From positions 128,001 to 192,000 of the forward strand of contig OZ241841.1 in NCBI GenBank assembly GCA_965202665.1: a DNA stretch of 64,000 bases, given 5' to 3'. Positions 60,881 to 64,000 of this stretch are shown here, piece after piece (position 1 is the first letter of the stretch; each line of letters opens with the position of its first letter). The notes below the pieces were generated by a model that was given only the letters and a program-made list of their open reading frames with translations, searched no databases and was not told where the DNA came from. A program made the translations under genes and the position numbers. The DNA comes from Candidatus Spongiisociaceae bacterium. GTDB taxonomy: Bacteria > Actinomycetota > Acidimicrobiia > Spongiisociales > Spongiisociaceae.

Positions 60881-61507
60881 ATGGGAATGGGCATCAAGGT
60901 AGTGGAGCATCCCCTGGCGCGGCACTATCTGAGCATCCTGCGGGACGGGGACACCGGGGCGGAGCAGTTCCGGGAAACCACCCGCCGCCTGACCTATATG
61001 TTGCTGATGGAAGCCACCCGGGACATGCCTTTGGAGGAATACCGGGTGCGCACCCCCCTCTCCCCCGCCGCCGGCCACCGCCTGGCCCGCCCGGTGGCGG
61101 CGGTGGCCGTTTTGCGGGCCGGCCTGGGTCTGCTGGACGCGGTGCTGGACCTGCTCCCCAATCTGACGGTCGGCTACGCGGGCGTGCAACGGGACGAAGA
61201 AACGGCCCTGCCGCAGGAGTATTACACCAAGTTCCCCGACCTGTCCGAAGCCCGGGCCCTGGTGCTGGAGCCGATGCTGGCCACCGGGGGGTCGCTCTGC
61301 TGGGCGGTGGAGCGGATGAAAGAGGCCGGAGCCCGGGACATCGCCGCCCTGTGCGTGGTGGCGGCCCCGGAAGGAGCGGCCCGCTTTGAGGAGGCCCATC
61401 CGGATGTGCGGGTGGTGGCCGCCGCCTTGGACTCCCATCTGAACGACCAGTTTTACATCGTGCCCGGGTTGGGCGACATGGGCGACCGGCTGTTCGGAAC
61501 CCTGTGA
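60881..61507 (+). CDS. upp: Uracil phosphoribosyltransferase
   Basis: LRAGLG, EPMLATGGS, YIVPGLGDMGDRLFGT. Confidence 0.95.
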   Translation: MGMGIKVVEHPLARHYLSILRDGDTGAEQFRETTRRLTYMLLMEATRDMPLEEYRVRTPLSPAAGHRLARPVAAVAVLRAGLGLLDAVLDLLPNLTVGYAGVQRDEETALPQEYYTKFPDLSEARALVLEPMLATGGSLCWAVERMKEAGARDIAALCVVAAPEGAARFEEAHPDVRVVAAALDSHLNDQFYIVPGLGDMGDRLFGTL

Positions 61508-61788
61508 CCGGCGGCCGAGGCGGGCCCGGGTCTTTCGCCGAGCGGGTGTACGAAGCGGTGGGCGAAGTGCCGCCCGGGGAGTGCCTTTCCTACGGGGACA
61601 TCGCCGCCATCGCCGGCAACCCGGGGGCGGCCCGGGCGGTGGGGCGGATCATGGCCGGCTCCGAAGGCCTGCCCTGGTGGAGGGTGGTGGCCGCCGACGG
61701 GCGGCTGGTCCCCGGCAAAGAACCGGAGCACGCCCGGCTGCTGGCCGCCGAAGGGGTGCGCACGGCGGACAACCGAGTGGTCGGATAG
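61504..61788 (+). CDS. Alkyltransferase-like (ATL, MGMT family) protein
   Basis: SYGDIA, ARAVG, PWWRVV (Trp in place of the catalytic Cys). Confidence 0.88.
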   Translation: MTGGRGGPGSFAERVYEAVGEVPPGECLSYGDIAAIAGNPGAARAVGRIMAGSEGLPWWRVVAADGRLVPGKEPEHARLLAAEGVRTADNRVVG

Positions 61789-61834
61789 CTTTAAAACCGG
61801 GAGCCGGGGAAGCCCAGAGGGAAGCGAGGGAAAA

Positions 61835-63127
61835 ATACGCACCGTTTCCGAAATCATCGAACTGAAACGGGACGGCGGGGAGCTGGATGAAACCGAAATC
61901 CGGAGGTTCGCGTCCGGGGTGACGGAGGGGACCATCCCCGACTATCAGACCACCGCCTGGCTGATGGCCGTCTACTTCCAGGGCATGACCCCGGCTGAGT
62001 TGAGCGCGCTGACCGAGGCGATGATCGACTCCGGGGACCGTCTGCACATCCCCTCCCCCCTCCCCAAAGTGGACAAGCATTCCACCGGCGGGGTGGGCGA
62101 CAAAGTGAGCATCCCGCTGGCTCCGCTGGCGGCCGCCTGCGGGCTGACGGTGCCGATGATCTCCGGGCGGGGATTGGGGCACGGGGGCGGCACTTTGGAC
62201 AAACTGGAGGCCATCCCCGGGTTCCGAACCGTTTTGGAACCGGACGAGTTCACCCGTCTGGCCGTTGCCCACGGGGTGGCGATGGGGGGCCAGTCGGAGC
62301 GCATCGTGCCCGCCGACCGCGCCCTGTACGCGTTGCGGGACACCACCGCCACCGTGGCCTCCGTTCCGCTCATCTCCGCTTCCATCATGTCCAAGAAACT
62401 GGCCGAAAACCTGGACGGCTTGGTTTTGGACGTGAAAGTGGGGCGGGGGGCGTTTATGCGCACCGTCCCCGAAGGCCGCCGCTTAGCGGAGGCGATGGTG
62501 GACATCGGCCGCGCCGGAGGGGTGGCGGTACGGGCTTTTATGACCGCCATGGACCAGCCGCTGGGCCGGGCGGTGGGCAACGGCAACGAGGTGGCCGAAT
62601 CCATCGCCGTGCTGCGGGGGCGGGGGCCGGAGGACGTGACGGAGCTGGTGTTGGCGCTGGGGGAGGCCATGCTGGAGCTGGGGGGAGCGGCCGGGGGTCG
62701 GGCCCGGCTGGAGGAGGCCCTCGCTTCAGGCGCCGCTTTGGACAAGTTCCGGGAGATGGTGTCCGCCCAGGGCGGGGACCCGACGGTGGCGGACGATCCG
62801 TCCCTGTTGCCCGTCGCCCCGTTCACCGCTGAAGTGACGGCGCCCGAGGCGGGATACGTGACCGCGGTCGACGCCCGGGAGGTGGGAATGGCGGCCCTGT
62901 TGCTGGGGGCGGGGCGGCGGCAGGCGGGGGAGGAACTGGACTTGGGGGCGGGAATAGTTTTGCAGGCCAAAACGGGCGACCGGGTGGAGCGGGGCCAGAC
63001 TTTGGCCGTTCTCGCCTACGGGGAGGGCCGCCCCGTGGAAGAAGCCCGGCGCCGGGCAGCGGGGGCTTACGCCCTGGGCGGAGAGCCACCCGAACCGGCC
63101 CCGTTGCTAATCGAAGCGGTGGGATGA
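61835..63127 (+). CDS. pdp: Thymidine/pyrimidine-nucleoside phosphorylase
   Basis: DKHSTGGVGDK, SGRGLGH.GGTLDKLE, SIMSKK. The conserved N-terminus (IRTVSEIIELKRDGGEL) extends in frame to ATA 61835, upstream of the track's GTG 61919. Confidence 0.92.
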   Translation: MRTVSEIIELKRDGGELDETEIRRFASGVTEGTIPDYQTTAWLMAVYFQGMTPAELSALTEAMIDSGDRLHIPSPLPKVDKHSTGGVGDKVSIPLAPLAAACGLTVPMISGRGLGHGGGTLDKLEAIPGFRTVLEPDEFTRLAVAHGVAMGGQSERIVPADRALYALRDTTATVASVPLISASIMSKKLAENLDGLVLDVKVGRGAFMRTVPEGRRLAEAMVDIGRAGGVAVRAFMTAMDQPLGRAVGNGNEVAESIAVLRGRGPEDVTELVLALGEAMLELGGAAGGRARLEEALASGAALDKFREMVSAQGGDPTVADDPSLLPVAPFTAEVTAPEAGYVTAVDAREVGMAALLLGAGRRQAGEELDLGAGIVLQAKTGDRVERGQTLAVLAYGEGRPVEEARRRAAGAYALGGEPPEPAPLLIEAVG

Positions 63128-63237
63128 GGCGGGAAGGTCGCGGGCGACGGGTAACATCCGGGGCGGGAAGGGGCCGGCGCGGCTATCATTCAACGACCGG
63201 CCCCGCCCATAGCGGTTGCGAATAAGAAAGCCGATAC

Positions 63238-63996
63238 ATGAAAATCATCGTCTGCGCCAAACAGATTCCGGATCCGGCTTCGCCGTCTTCCCTGCACGCC
63301 GACACCCGCCGGTTGGTGCGCCCGCCCGAGCAGGTGCTGGACGACACCGACCGTTACGGGATAGAAGTGGGGTTGCAACTGGGCGAGCAGACCGACGGCG
63401 AAGTTACGCTGGTTTCCATGGGGCCCACCGGAACCATGCAGGGCGTGCGCCAGGCGTTGGCGATGGGGGTGGACAAGGCGGTTCTGGTGGACGACCCGTC
63501 TTTGGAGAACTCCGACGCTTTGACCACCGCCAAAGTTTTGGCGGCCGCCGCCCGCCGGGAAGGGTTCGACGTGGTGATCGCCGGGGTGGAATCCACGGAC
63601 GGATATTCGGGGGTGGTTCCGCAGATGATGGCCGAACTGCTGGACGTCCCCGCTTTGACTTTCGCCCGCTCGGTGGAGTGGAACGGGGATGCGTTCCGCA
63701 TCGAACGGCAGACAGGTTCCGGTTACGACATCGTGGAATGCCCCCCTCCGGCGGCCCTGGCGGTGACGGCCGGGGCGGTGGAGCCCCGCTACCCCACTTT
63801 CAAAGGGATTATGGCCGCCAAAAACAAGCCGGTGGAAACGTTGACCGCCGCCGACTTGGGCGCGGCCGGGGAGGCGGGCCAGCAGGTGACGTCGGTGGAA
63901 CCCGCCCCGGAGCGACAGGCGGGGGAGACAATCACCGACGACGGGGAGGCGCACATGCGGATAATCGAGTTCTTGGAACAGGCGAAGGTGATTTAG
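63238..63996 (+). CDS. etfB: Electron transfer flavoprotein beta subunit (FixA/EtfB)
   Basis: MKIIVCAKQIPD, ALAMGVD, G.ESTDG, EPRYP..KGIM.AK.K. Confidence 0.93.
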   Translation: MKIIVCAKQIPDPASPSSLHADTRRLVRPPEQVLDDTDRYGIEVGLQLGEQTDGEVTLVSMGPTGTMQGVRQALAMGVDKAVLVDDPSLENSDALTTAKVLAAAARREGFDVVIAGVESTDGYSGVVPQMMAELLDVPALTFARSVEWNGDAFRIERQTGSGYDIVECPPPAALAVTAGAVEPRYPTFKGIMAAKNKPVETLTAADLGAAGEAGQQVTSVEPAPERQAGETITDDGEAHMRIIEFLEQAKVI

Positions 63997-64000
63997 CGAT

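Overview
High-GC chromosomal window, most likely from an Acidimicrobiia-like actinobacterium (inferred from gene content: rny, mreBCD-pbp2-rodA, F420 cofG/cofH, and a GAAC-N4-GTTC LexA box). Most of it is housekeeping backbone on the minus strand: miaB-rny-recA-thpR-cinA-rimO, ftsK-rnj-dapA, proB-obg-rpmA-rplU-rne, the mre cluster, ndk-folC, four tRNAs, and lepB-rplS-trmD-rimM-khpA-rpsP-ffh. upp-atl-pdp-etfB and trkAH lie on the plus strand. Two accessory inserts stand out. (1) A tightly coupled MT-A70 methyltransferase / DUF5131 three-Cys protein / TcmP cassette sits between recA and rny, where recX normally is, downstream of a recA promoter region carrying both a LexA box and a PafBC-type element. 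(2) A defence island of about 11 kb lies between rimO and ftsK. It holds an ABC-type ATPase and a DUF4276 protein translationally coupled to a type I R-M operon (hsdM is frameshifted and carries a C13 tract), plus orphan ORFs, an IS481 relic and hicBA. Other oddities: an archaeal-type GAPDH-like gene, a duplicated ~190-bp promoter/G-tract module, a CofH with a decayed CofG-like N-terminal domain next to an intact CofG, and a pyrimidine nucleoside phosphorylase whose conserved N-terminus starts at ATA. All family assignments come from motif recognition by eye; no database searches were run.
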